The translations under genes and the position numbers were made by a program. The notes under the pieces were generated by a model. The model worked only from the letters and a program-made list of their open reading frames with translations, did no database searches and was not told the origin of the DNA. A stretch of 51,927 nt of DNA, filler included, from Squatina squatina (Eukaryota), in NCBI GenBank assembly GCA_031763465.1. It is 3 parts of 2 records of this genome, joined end to end, with 100 filler letters (N's around TTAATTAATTAA, not from the genome) between each part and the next. Parts side by side here need not be neighbours in the genome. Positions count along the whole stretch, not along the records: positions 18,944 to 32,213 come from JARFOE010000056.1; positions 32,314 to 51,927 come from JARFOE010000168.1; 1 more part is not named here. One strand, written 5' to 3'. Positions 22,931 to 36,179 of this stretch are shown here, one piece after another (within the stretch, counting starts at the first letter, position 1; every line of letters starts with the position of its first letter).

Positions 22931-23977
22931 GGCTAATGTGTGCTGCAAATTAAACCCAAGAACATGTGTCAAATGAAAAAAATGTTTCTTATATAGATGT
23001 TTTTGCTGGTAAAATGGCTAACAGATATTTCCCAATTATTATGTATTTCAACCTTGAAAGAAACTAACTTCCAAGTTGCATTAAAGTGCATAAAATTGTT
23101 CTTTATCCATCTTGCCCTCAAGACTATTGTAATTTTTAATATAATTAAAATATGAATACCCCTAGTTTGTTGAGAATAATAAGAAGTAAATGAACTGTGC
23201 TTCTTTAAATCTCACTTAAACTTTTTTTAAATACCCTGGCAGGAGCAAGCAACTATGATATAAAATATTATAAGTCCCATTTAAAATCAAATTAAGCTCT
23301 TTAGGCCACAGTTTGATTCTCAGTTAAGTTTATAAAAAAAAAAATCCTATTGTCCTTCCCACAGCATACTAGTTAATTTACGAGTAAGGACCCTGTTTGA
23401 TAAAAGAAGACATTAANNNNNNNNNNNNNNNNNNNNNNNNNNNNNNNNNNNNNNNNNNNNNNNNNNNNNNNNNNNNNNNNNNNNNNNNNNNNNNNNNNNN
23501 NNNNNNNNNNNNNNNNGGTTTACTCTTTAGCATAATTTGTCCACATTTGCTATCATCAGTCATCATTTTGCTTTTGTCACATAGGGGTTGATAGCACAAC
23601 TTATGGGTATTAAGGCACTTCAGACAGTTATGCTTCAGTAAGTGCATTTACTAACTCCCTAAACAGTAACGCTTCAACTTTCAATAAGCATCATTTCCTT
23701 TTGCTCTTACCAATAAGCTGAACAGTTCAGTAGGACTGACATCACATGGTTCAATTATTCAAATCGACCTCCTCAACAAACAAGAATGAGATACCTTATG
23801 TGTGCTGATGGCCGAACCACCACAACAACTGGAAATATAATGCCTTTAACATTAAAAAAACACCCAATGTACTTCACAGGTAGGTGTATAGAAAACAGAA
23901 GGTAAGCCAGAAAAGCAGAGATGAGGAGGGATATCAAAGGTTTATTTGAAGAGGCGCACCTTGATCANNNNNNNNNN

Positions 23978-24460
23978 TGATCAGGTTTTTAAAGGAGAGG
24001 TGGAAGGACTTAGAGAGGGAGTCCCAGTGATGAGGACCTAGACGGCCAAAAATGCTGCCACTACTTTTGGGGAAAAGGGAAGATGCACAAGGTCCCAGAT
24101 TCAGAGGAATGGAGAGTTTGGAAAAATGGTGATAAAAGGGCTGGAGGTGGCAGAAATGGAGTGGAGCAAGTCCATGAAGAGACTTAAAAATGAGGACAAT
24201 GATTTCAAATTTGAGGGTGTTGAGGAATGGAGAGCCAGTGTAAGTCATTGAGGACAGGAGAAGGCTGATAAGGGAGGTGGACATGGAGCAGGACAGGATA
24301 CCTGCAGCAGATTTTGCACAAGTTGGAACTAATTGGGGGGCAAGATAGGAGACCAACGAGGAGTGTGTTGGTGTAATTGAGTCTGGAGGTAGGGAAGGCA
24401 TATACAATGGTTTCAGCGACAGAGAGACTGAGGTATGGGTAGAGCTATGTATGAAGGGCA
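23978..24460 (-). mobile_element. Degraded L2-clade LINE 3' region
   Basis: Minus strand reads KFEIIVLIFKSLHGLAPLH...HWDSLSKS, the L2 ORF2 tail motif (FKI..L.FK.LHGLAP.YL). Confidence 0.75.
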
Positions 24461-27164
24461 ATGAAGTTGATCAAAAGCAAAATATATTAGGAAGCTAATT
24501 TGTCAAAATTGGCGTAAGTTATATCAGTGCACGCTGAAGAACGTTATCTGTGCTTTAGATTTGAACTGCTTATATTCTCAAAATCGCAGCAGTGATCGAA
24601 AGGCCGATGGTGTTGCAAACAGCAATAAACTTAATTAATAACTGTTGTCATCAATTACCAGGCATAGTTCCCCAGCAGTGCTAAGGAAAAAAAAACAGTA
24701 TGGAAATGAAATCTGCTTTGGGCACTGCAACATCTATTATCAAAATAAATCTGATAATTGTTTCAGTAATAAATACTACAGCTAGGTCAGAAATCAGACA
24801 ACTTCCATCCTGTAGAAACATGTTATTCTTAGTCTATTACTCTGACTGTTGTATGAAAGGATATTTTTCAATGCAAACGGTGTCAAGGGATCTTTTTGAT
24901 TATCAAACAGATATGGGCCTACATCAAAATATTCCTCCAATTGATTTTTTTTCTCCCCTAACTCCTCCATCCTCCCATTAAAAGAATTTAAAATATTGGT
25001 ACAAAACAGATTTTACACGATGTTCACTAAAGCTTGAATACTCAACCCAACCGTGTAAATCTAAATACTCCTGTTTGAATACAGCAATACCTTGCAGGAG
25101 GTTTTAACCTTTCCATGTGATGGATGTTTTTAATCTTTATAATTGTGCACTGCTCAGGTTTACCCAATTTAGTTTATGAAATGTTTCAATAGATTTAGTG
25201 ACTTTTTGCTAACTGTTCGTCAGATTTAGTGACTTTTGACATTATTCAGCGTTTAAATGAAGACCCAAACTGCTCATTTTAATAAATTGAACAGAGGCCT
25301 CACCTTGAAATTGATCTCTCCTGTTTTACAAAAAGTGTATAAATAAAGAAAATCCAACTGTTCAACATTTTGAAAAATATCTATCGGAATAATTACAGGT
25401 GTAACGAAACTTCAGTTGACTGAAGTACCGGATGCTTTACTTGCAAAACCCAATTTTCAATCTAAAGCATGATATGCTCTTAACTGTTGATGATCCCATT
25501 TTCAAGGGCAGTGCTTGAGGAAGAGGAGTTTCTCTTGCACTCTGTACAGTGCATGCTGCTGCTGCATCTTGCCCCTACTTATGGGAAACTGGGTAGATAA
25601 TTAGGTGGGACAGTGGACTACCTCTGATTGTAGATTGTCACTGTGAATGAGTTGAAGATTGAACCAGAAGCAAATTTGGGAGGGTGGTGAACCAAATATT
25701 TTCCTACTCGCTGTTCCTTGTCCACTAACTTGTTCACTGCATGTACAATTAAACTGGTATAAAACAACCACTGTTAGTAAGGCAGGCAAAAATACAACGC
25801 TGTGATTGGATTTTAAACTTTACACGGAACTGATTCATGTTTTTCCAGACAAAGCACAGTCACTGCCAGTATTGCCAATAAAACAGTACATGGGCATTTA
25901 TTGTTCAATCCATTCTTCATCAGTGAATATTAATGGGAAATCTGTTTTCTGCCTAAACCATTGTAGATGCTGCTCTGAACTGGATACATCAAATTGTATT
26001 ATGTTCGCCATGTTTACAGCCCAAATTGCACTGCATGAGTTCAGTTTCTGTAATCTATAAAATTGCAGCACATTAAAATTAACCACAGACAATCGTGGAC
26101 TACAATTCAGAACCACATTAGAAGTATTTCACAATGAGCACCAATAAGTCAATGAAATGTGTTGGAGACTGGTGATTCACTAAAGAATTGTAGTCCTCTG
26201 TCTAACGGCATAAATGATGATTTGCTCTGGACTTGGTGACACGTTGCCAAGTCCTTGTGTAATGTCTCAAGATTAGAAGTTCAAATCCACACCAAGAGGA
26301 TGGGGTCGAAGATCACCTGTTAAGATTTGAGGGGTGCCCAATTCGGTTGGCCTCAGTTTCTGGCACTAACAGAAGAATAGTTGGGCACTAAGTTCAGCTC
26401 TTAGGACTTTAGGCTTAAGTCTGCCTTTTCAACACTTATAAAAAAATTTCACAAACGGCTTAAAAAAATGTGCTAATTTCANNNNNNNNNNNNNNNNNNN
26501 NNNNNNNNNNNNNNNNNNNNNNNNNNNNNNNNNNNNNNNNNNNNNNNNNNNNNNNNNNNNNNNNNNNNNNNNNNNNNNNNNTCTCAAGATCTGCATAAAT
26601 TAGAGAGAGAAAAATAAAAAGTTACAGCTGTAAAATGGTAGTCCGGAAGCGATTTTGCTTCAATTCGTAGTCGCTAGTCTGTTGACACATTATTGACAAA
26701 TTTAGGTGGAAAAATAAGCTGTGAAAAGAAAATCTGCAACAGAGCATTTATTCTCCATGGAAATGTCACACAGTAGGTTTTACAATAATGTAAACACAAT
26801 TATTTCTGAGTTTGTTTTGTGTTTCAACTAGCTCAACATGCCAAAACAAGAATACAAAGCATTTTATACCTTTTCGTTTCATTCATTGTTTCGATACATC
26901 TCTTCAAATAAGATTGCAATTGCCATAACTACTGAAAAACATATTAGCAAAAGCGCCAGTGCCTGACTGAGCCCCAGTTTCCTACAAAGGCAAGTAGGCC
27001 CTCCTGGCAAAGATCGGAGCCATAGAAAATATACTAACACAGAATGCTGCACTGCTTTTAATCACTGAGGTGGTAATCTCTGTTTATTTACAATTACATT
27101 GTAACAATGTCAAGATTTTCTCACAGGTCTCAACAGACCTGAATGACATTAGGCAAAAGAAAAA

Positions 27165-27341
27165 ATAGCCTTAGATTTATACTGCGTCTTTCATGACCTC
27201 TGGATGTCCCAAAGCCCTTTACGGCCACTTTTGAAGTGTAGTCACTGTTGTAATGTAGGAAACGCGGCAGGCAATTAGAGCACAGAAAGCTCCCAAAAAT
27301 AGCAATGTGATAATAACCAGATAAGCTGTTTCAGTGATGCT
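27165..27341 (-). mobile_element. Deu-SINE 3' half, reverse orientation
   Basis: Reverse complement contains TGGTTATTATCACATTGCT...TGGGAGC...TTTCCTACATTACAACAGTGACTACACTTCAAAAG. Confidence 0.8.
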
Positions 27342-28160
27342 NNNNNNNNNNNNNNNNNNNNNNNNNNNNNNNNNNNNNNNNNNNNNNNNNNNNNNNNNNN
27401 NNNNNNNNNNNNNNNNNNNNNNNNNNNNNNNNNNNNNNNNNACAGGAGGGCTGGTGTGGCAAATGGAAAAGTGTCATTCACGGACTATGGATGCCCTTCT
27501 GAGGTTTGGAGCTAAGGCACTTTGTTGGGACAGAGTAGAGGGAGCTTTACTGTACACCTGGCTGTGCTGTACTTTATTTGGGAGTGCTTGATGTTGACAC
27601 TGGGTGCTTGGAGTGGGAAGTAATCCATTCCCTAGCACTAGCAACCCCTCGTCTTGATGAGCATTGAAAAAATAGTTATTTTTTATTCAGCAACGACCGT
27701 TTGATTTCCACTGTTGGGACATGCACACAATTTTGATTTTTTTTTCATGGACCGTTACTATCAAATTGGTTAGAATGAGACACATTCTGTGGCTATCAGC
27801 TTCTGTAACTGCTCCGTTCTGTTCGAGCCACATTGGCACGGTCCTTTTAAATGATTTTGAAAGTCATTGTTGCCAAGGTTCTCTGTGAGGGTTACTTGAG
27901 AGCATTGCTCACTTCTCTAGGCATTCACCTTGCCACAAGTGAAAGTGGTTTTCTTTTTAAACCATCCAAGCACTGTCACCTTTGTGTTGCGCAATATTTA
28001 TCTCTCCCAAATTTATGAATGGACCCAGTAGTTGTACAAAATTCTTTGGTGTGTGAAAACTTCAATCAGCTTTATTAAAAGCTCAGTTGAACGAAATAGC
28101 TCTGATTAACGTATGTTGGAGTTTAAAGATTAACAGGTTGTTTTTGCAGTGTTTTGTTAA

Positions 28161-28343
<183 letters not shown>

Positions 28344-29417
28344 TAAGGCATAACCTTACTGCCATTTACAGTGAAACTCTTATGCAACATAACCTTCTAA
28401 AAATGAAGTTTCGAAACTCTAGCTGCAGTTAGTCATTCAGACGGCTCTCGATCGGGTGAAANNNNNNNNNNNNNNNNNNNNNNNNNNNNNNNNNNNNNNN
28501 NNNNNNNNNNNNNNNNNNNNNNNNNNNNNNNNNNNNNNNNNNNNNNNNNNNNNNNNNNNNNCCAAGACTGGTAAGTAGGACTGAATTTCCTGTTCCCGTG
28601 TTGTAATTTCCACGTAATCTCCGGACCTGATTTTTGGTAAGAAAACACTTCAAATTTGGAAGGAAACTGGTTGTAACCAAATCACCATGCCACAGAAAAT
28701 GTGTGGATTTATCTGTGGAAATTGGTAAAACCTAATTTTAATGATCCTTACAAATAGGCATTTGTAAAAACTGGAATGCAGAAAAGGCCAGAATGCTGTG
28801 TGCATTTTTTTTTAAAACATCTCATCATTTTTTGTTTGGTTAACAGGAAAGAATACTGTCTTTCAATAAACTTCTTCCCTCTGTCCCTTTTTTGTCCTGC
28901 TTCTTCTCTGCAACGTCTTTGCATGGCACAACTGTTTTCCCACATCTCCATCTCACTTTGGTAGGGCAGTGAGCAGCACTCGCATACAACTGCGGAAGGT
29001 CAGCTTGAAGAAAATTGTGAAATGTTGCATATCATTTTGAACAGTCGACAGACATAAATATAATTATGTATTCGCTTGCATTGCTTTTTGTGGATGCATG
29101 GCATGTGTTTTGTGTGTTTTTTTTTACTATTTAATTCTTTTAAATTTTGTGTGTGGTTGCAACTGATCAACTTACGTGAGCATAGTCCTGGCTTACTATG
29201 AATTGAAAATAAAAATGCAGATTTGACTTTTTTAACCAGAAAAATGTACTGCTTGAACTCAAAAACAGTTATATTGAAAGTGATGGTATCTACAGCTACT
29301 GATTGCGCAGTTTTATATCTTCTGCTTATTGTCCACAGTTGTGCTGTGTTTTAATCTGTTAACTGGAGGTTGGCCAAGTGCTGTGTCTGTAAAAAAAAAA
29401 ACAACTTTATTTTATAA

Positions 29418-29570
<153 letters not shown>

Positions 29571-31152
29571 TGACTTCAAATGCCTGACTCTTTATATTTC
29601 ACCAAATAAATGTGTACGCGTAACACTCCCTCACCTTTAATTTTGCCATAACCAAACGTTGCTAAGTTGTACCAAAAGGGTATTTTAAAAATGGTAGTGT
29701 GTTAAAAATGTACCAAAAATGGGTGGAGAGCATTATCCCTAACTGCCCGCTTAAAGGAGAATCAAAATCCAAAATCTGCTTGTCCTAAGAAGTGCAGTAG
29801 TTTAAAATTAAACTCTGTTCTTTTGTATATTTATAGCTTGTGATATAGTCAGGGACCCTCTTGCTATAATACCTANNNNNNNNNNGTACTTGCATTTTAT
29901 AAAAAGCTCTGTCATATCATTAAATCGTCTCAGTGAGCTTCGCACAATGAATAACTTTTTGGAATGCAGTGACTGGTATTCAGACAATCTACTCACGTGA
30001 ATGTGAATTGTTCTGTAAAGAATGTTAGCATCCACATACATCTGGTTTGTTTCATGTGGATTACATTGCGAAAAAGACACGAGCCTGGCTCGTGACAGTG
30101 ACAACTTGCAATGATAAATGATAGTATCTGCTGAAACTATGGTGAGATTTTAATGACAGGACATTGTGTAAATGCTACATTTTTAGTGAAGCATACTTAA
30201 TAGGTGTCGTTGTCAAGGCAATCTAATCTTTTCCGTACAACTGCAAGATAAGCAAATTGACTGTAAAACATTTAGCACTGTTAATTCCAGATTTATTTTT
30301 CATAAAGCCAACCTTTCTTGCAACCAAAATAGAATGCCTCCTCTAACAAATCACTTACTGAATGGCAATAGAGACAGAGCAGGGAAGTGTTTTGGATAGC
30401 TTTTTCAATGAGCCGNNNNNNNNNNNNNNNNNNNNNNNNNNNNNNNNNNNNNNNNNNNNNNNNNNNNNNNNNNNNNNNNNNNNNNNNNNNNNNNNNNNNN
30501 NNNNNNNNNNNNNNNNNNNNNNNNNNNNNNNNNNNNNNNNNNNNNNNNNNNNNNNNNNNNNNNNNNNNNNNNNNNNNNNNNNNNNNNNNNNNNNNNNNNN
30601 NNNNNNNNNNNNNNNNNNNNNNNNNNNNNNNNNNNNNNNNNNNNNNNNNNNNNNNNNNNNNNNNNNNNNNNNNNNNNNNNNNNNNNNNNNNNNNNNNNNN
30701 NNNNNNNNNNNNNNNNNNNNNNNNNNNNNNNNNNNNNNNNNNNNNNNNNNNNNNNNNNNNNNNNNNNNNNNNNNNNNNNNNNNNNNNNNNNNNNNNNNNN
30801 NNNNNNNNNNNNNNNNNNNNNNNNNNNNNNNNNNNNNNNNNNNNNNNNNNNNNNNNNNNNNNNNNNNNNNNNNNNNNNNNNNNNNNNNNNNNNNNNNNNN
30901 NNNNNNNNNNNNNNNNNNNNNNNNNNNNNNNNNNNNNNNNNNNNNNNNNNNNNNNNNNNNNNNNNNNNNNNNNNNNNNNNNNNNNNNNNNNNNNNNNNNN
31001 NNNNNNNNNNNNNNNNNNNNNNNNNNNNNNNNNNNNNNNNNNNNNNNNNNNNNNNNNNNNNNNNCTCGGAGCGTGGCACATGTGGTTCCTCTCCTGAAAT
31101 GTGATCAATAAAAGCCCACTAAACTTAAAAGCTCTAAAGATGGAAACGCTCT

Positions 31153-31177
31153 GGCACAGCACAGCACAGCACAGCAC
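31153..31177. repeat. (GCACA)n microsatellite
   Basis: GCACAGCACAGCACAGCACAGCAC is directly visible. Confidence 0.8.
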
Positions 31178-31569
31178 GGAAATGTGTTTTGGATCGTGTT
31201 CTACACTGTAAGTCCAGTCAGGTGAAGGAGTTGTATCTAACCAGACTTGAGCATTAGCAGACTGAGCACTCCAGGCTGAGTAGGGCAAAAATTCACTGGA
31301 TTTTGGTGAGGGTTCGCTTAGGTTGCGATTTGCACAACAGTGGATTTGACTTTTTTGATTGTGACTTCAGTTGTGTTTCAACAGTATGTTGAGTAGCGTT
31401 GTGTATTCCACAGAATAAGGTGAAATGGAGCCAATACCGGTTTCTCTTTCCTTGCTATTCTACCCCTGACAGTTTAATGAATTTTCACTTCACAGAATGC
31501 TTGGTTTACATACTCCAAAGGGGTCCTCTCTGTAAGGTTTCTAAAATTACATTAACACAATTGTAATAA

Positions 31570-31848
<279 letters not shown>

Positions 31849-32213
31849 TGAAAAGATTATAGCCATGGCAAGCTGGCGGCCAAATGCTTACTGGGGTTGT
31901 CTAAAATTTCTTTCTGCTATTTTAGCAGCGACGTTAATAGGATTAAAGTTTTTTTTTAAATAGCAGGAGAGGAATTTCAGATAATTGCATTAACAGGAAC
32001 ATAATGTAGAAAAATGTCCCAACATGCTTCAGAGACATAAAGGGGAAACAAGCTCTTTATTCTGTAGTTTGTTGCCTAAGTATTTTCTCAAACCCCCAAT
32101 AACTCCTTTAATAGTCATTCCTTTTTAATTCACGATGATAAGGTTCACACTAGAATCTTCCAGACGAGCACTGTTCTTTACTTCTAATGCAAGGGAAAAT
32201 CGCATTTTAATTT

Positions 32214-32313
32214 NNNNNNNNNNNNNNNNNNNNNNNNNNNNNNNNNNNNNNNNNNNNTTAATTAATTAANNNNNNNNNNNNNNNNNNNNNNNNNNNNNNN
32301 NNNNNNNNNNNNN
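32214..32313. other. Artificial scaffold-joining linker
   Basis: 44 N + TTAATTAATTAA (32258-32269) + 44 N. Gene content switches from the MAPKAPK2 locus to the PRPSAP2/CASKIN1 locus across it. Confidence 0.95.
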
Positions 32314-32913
32314 CCTACCTCTATATACCAATCAGTTTGCCAGCGTTGCATATTTTTGTGATTGGACTCAACTAGAAACTGGCTCCGAGTTAAATTAAGC
32401 TAAATTAGTTGTGGCATTCTCATTATTCACTCCTTTTTGGTCACAGGTTTGATGTCAGCCCAAACCAAAAGAAACTCTCTCCCTCCATCAACAAAAAGAG
32501 TTCAATCAAAATAACCTGCACCAGTTTCAAACTGGTTCCTGGTGGGTACAAGCCTACAGCACAAGACAACCCACAATTGGGAAAAATTTTTCAAAGAGGC
32601 TCCAAAGATAGCTGCTGTGGTAGATGCTATTCTTCAGAGTTTGGGACAACGTAACAAGCTTTACTCTACATCTAACCCATGCTATAATTGACCAAGTATT
32701 ACTTGATGCTGACTCTGGATGCAACAAGAAAGGGAAACAAAAACGTATTCTATTGCTCAGCACCAGATTCTCATCTTGTCGTGTCAAAGTGTTAAATGCA
32801 ACGAAATAGACTACGTCGAGTTTTAATGATAGATGTTGGAAAAACTGCAAAATAAAGCAGATTTCCTCCCCACCCCACCAAATAAAACAATGGTTAACTC
32901 GTGTATTTTGCAG

Positions 32914-33058
32914 ATCCATATTAATCTTACATTCCACTCAAATCCAGCAACAGCAATTCCTCCAGCTGCCCCAGTGCCAGCCAGTCCAATGAACAGTCCA
33001 GAACCTTCACTGCTGGAAAATAGCGATGCCCCAATCTGTAATGGACAGAAGGAAAAGG
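32914..33058 (+). CDS. Candidate 145-bp exon, Pro/Ser/Ala-rich, gene unidentified
   Basis: GTGTATTTTGCAG| ... AAGG|GTGAGC. Only frame 0 is open: [48 protein letters not shown]. Confidence 0.55.
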
Positions 33059-33356
33059 GTGAGCCCATGATAAGGATTGCTATGTTGGACTTCTAAAAAA
33101 TGATTTATNNNNNNNNNNNNNNNNNNNNNNNNNNNNNNNNNNNNNNNNNNNNNNNNNNNNNNNNNNNNNNNNNNNNNNNNNNNNNNNNNNNNNNNNNNNN
33201 NNNNNNNNCCAGCAGTATTGGGACCTTGAACCTAGAATTAATGCATGGATCAGTAGTCCCTGATGACCTGTGGGACATATGAGGCTTGCAGTTTTTACCC
33301 TGGTTGATTTTGGCACCAGGGTACGTGGCTGAGCAGTAACTAATAATCATTGCCGA

Positions 33357-33488
33357 GAATTTCCCCAGGGTTCCCCTGATTGGCCACCGTAGCTTTGGCA
33401 GAAGACTGGCAGAAACTCTGTTAAGATGTCAATTCAGAGTTTCCACCGAAATTATGGTGGCTGGTCGGGAGAGCCCCAGCGGAAATTC
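33357..33488. mobile_element. Short palindromic MITE-like element
   Basis: GAATTTCC...GGCCACCGTA at the left is mirrored by TATGGTGGCT...GGAAATTC at the right. Inner pair GAAACTCTG/CAGAGTTTC. Confidence 0.65.
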
Positions 33489-34239
33489 CCGTCAGTGATA
33501 TATATCATTTTCTCACTGTTAACCAGTTTGTATTTATGATCAGCAAGCCTGACAGAAGACTGGATTTGTGCTTACTTTTAGGAGCAAAATACATCATTGG
33601 AAGTCACCTTTTTAAATGAAAATGCAATTGTCACTCCAAATTAGTATTGCATGCAACATGATACATCCCAATAAAATCTCATACTTAGAAAATATGGGAT
33701 CTAGCATAATCTATAATGTAACACAGTGCACATCATTCTAGAATACCGACAACATACTTACTTCTTGTCTGTGTGATCAAGGCCAGTCAATTTATCTTCT
33801 CCCACTTTGGCGTTTTTTTGGCCGCAAATGTTTCCATAACTATCATAGCCATATACCAGCCTGTGTGCTGCTCCAGAAGCTATTGCAAAACCACAAATGA
33901 CAACCTATAAAAGAACATTTCACAAATTTAGCGTCATACCATCGTAATTTGGACTGCTTTATAGGAAGAGAATTTTACAGAGAGTTTCAGCAGTTACAGA
34001 AAATGGATGACAAAGTAGATTTTATCAGCATCACCCAATTAGGCCAGTTGATAGGTCAAGTTTCTCAATTAGTTCATCTGTACGTGAATTCACGAGCTAA
34101 CCTTAAGAACCACACTGGATGGGTTTTAAAATTTAAGTTCACGGTGCACCAGTTTTTGCCTTATTGAAATTTTTCATTATTATTTCATTCCTGTAAAAAT
34201 GCTTGTGCTTCATTTAAAATGGCAAGTGTGCTGTGTGGA

Positions 34240-34450
34240 GTACCAGGAAAGTCCCAAGTTCAATTTCCTCCTGTGCAGTTAGCTGATCTTAACAAGCAGT
34301 ACAACATTACAATTGTTCAGTGTCCTTGGGCAAGAGGAAAGAAAAAAAATAACAAGGCAGTTTCCCACTCTTGGTTACTATCCAGTGTACAGCTACGTGC
34401 ATGTACAGTAACTAAATGAGCACAGGATCTAACTCTGATGCTTTCCAGAC
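34240..34450 (+). mobile_element. Old SINE-like repeat (second family)
   Basis: ACCAGGAAAGTCCCAAGTTCAAT...GTTAGCTGATCT...TACAATTG...TATCCAGTG is shared with 41078 and 44360. Confidence 0.6.
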
Positions 34451-34743
34451 CCAAATAGGTGACACTCTAGCCACATAAGTAGTACTGGAAGACCATGCTA
34501 GTTGTAGAATTGTGCTCCTTCAGAAAAAGCAGCACAAAGTGGGAGTTTATTGGGATAATCTTACGTGAAAATCTTTTATTAAAATAGATTTTTTAAGTGG
34601 GTTAAAAGCCATATGGAACATCCCAATTTTATTCCTTATTCAGAAAATAAATGCCAAGCGATTCAAATTATTCAACTAATTCACCATATGCAATATTGAA
34701 ATATTTACTTTAAAAAAAAATCACAGTTTATACACATTAGTAA

Positions 34744-34838
34744 GGACCTGCATTTATACAGCGCCTTTCACGACCTCCCAAAGCACTTTACAGCCAATTA
34801 AGTACTTTTGAAGTGTAGTCACTGCTGCAATGTAGGAA
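34744..34838 (-). mobile_element. Deu-SINE 3' part, reverse orientation
   Basis: CCTGCATTTATACAGCGCCTTTCAC...AAGTACTTTTGAAGTGTAGTCACTG. Confidence 0.75.
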
Positions 34839-35209
34839 ATTAGCACAATCCAGGTTGGCTATTTCAGGCGCTTACTTCTATTACTCTTTATTGTGCTGCC
34901 ATCTCTTAGCTTGGAACAGGTTATCTTCAAGAGCAAAAGTATAGCTGCGATACGTAAAACATAATACAATATTGCTAAATACAAAAGCAGTTAAAACAAG
35001 AGGTATTTTGGCCACACTTCTTAGCTTTTACAAAACAGCAAAGAAATCTGAAGTTTCTTATAGGTAGTCTCTATATTCAGCATCTTTTCCTAAAAATTCA
35101 CTTTATAAAATTGGCCTCTTTATAGAAACTTAAGGGTTTGCACCAGTAAATCACAATACTTCCATGCCAAGTTTAGGTGCACTTGGAGTTGGCCTTAGGG
35201 AACACCATT

Positions 35210-35368
35210 TCAATCATCCATACCAATATTTCGGAATAGATAAGACATTGATTCACCATTGTGGATTCTTCGAATGGCCTCAGACAAGATCATGCTGATG
35301 TCAACAGTCTTTATTTTATGGCACTGGAGTTTCTGGATTTCGTGCGGGATGGTATTGGTTACTACCAC
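35210..35368 (-). CDS. PRPSAP2: PRPP synthase-associated protein 2, last coding exon
   Basis: TTCCTCTTCCGCAG| then [52 protein letters not shown], near-identical to the recalled PRPSAP2 C-terminus (...[12 protein letters not shown]). Confidence 0.93.
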   Translation of the reverse strand: MVVTNTIPHEIQKLQCHKIKTVDISMILSEAIRRIHNGESMSYLFRNIGMDD

Positions 35369-35606
35369 CTGCGGAAGAGGAATGTCTATGATTAACAGGA
35401 AATGCTAGTTCAATGTCAGGACTCTGCCAATAATTTGCAACGAGTCTGCACTGTTAAATAATAACTGCAATTGGGAATGGCAATTTTTTCTAACAAGTAC
35501 AGCATGGGACATTTCTGCATTTTACAACTGGATGGATTGGATTACAAGAAAAAAAACTATAAATATTTAACTTAATATTGTAAACCAATCAGCAGGTTTC
35601 GGTTAC

Positions 35607-35753
35607 CTCATCAATTGCTGATTCTTCTATCAATCTGGGTGCATCTGAGGACAAAAGACCATGGGTTGCCATTACATAGATTTTGTAAGCTCCTCTCTCT
35701 TTCAACGTATCTGCAGCTGCTAAAAAGCTATCAACGTCATCAATTATGTCATC
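35607..35753 (-). CDS. PRPSAP2: PRPSAP2 penultimate coding exon (147 bp)
   Basis: TTTTAACAG| ... GAG|GTAACC. Encodes [49 protein letters not shown], in phase with the last exon. Confidence 0.93.
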
Positions 35754-36179
35754 CTGTTAAAATTTCAGATGAAAAAGGTCCATTAGCATATCGTACTTTA
35801 ACAAAAAAAGCTAGCTTAATTCTTTAACTACAGAAGGGATGGAAACAAATTAGTTGTGTTTATTGGGCACAACAATGACATCCATCGGTGGCTCTGGGTA
35901 TGAGGGTGAAGTAATGCAACAGGTATCTGTAAACCATCTCATTAGAGGTTTACATTTATTTTTCCAGGGCTACTGGAAAATAAAGCCGCATTGTAGCTAT
36001 ATACCTAATGCAGATCCAGTTTACTGTACAGTAATACAGACTATTCTAATACTAGGTTGTCAATACAAGCCCTTTCACTGCCGACACAAAAGAAGCTACC
36101 TTAAATCAAAGGTTTACAATTTGGCAATAGACGATACTTATTCAAAAACCAGATTCATTACATTCATGCTACAGTCTCT

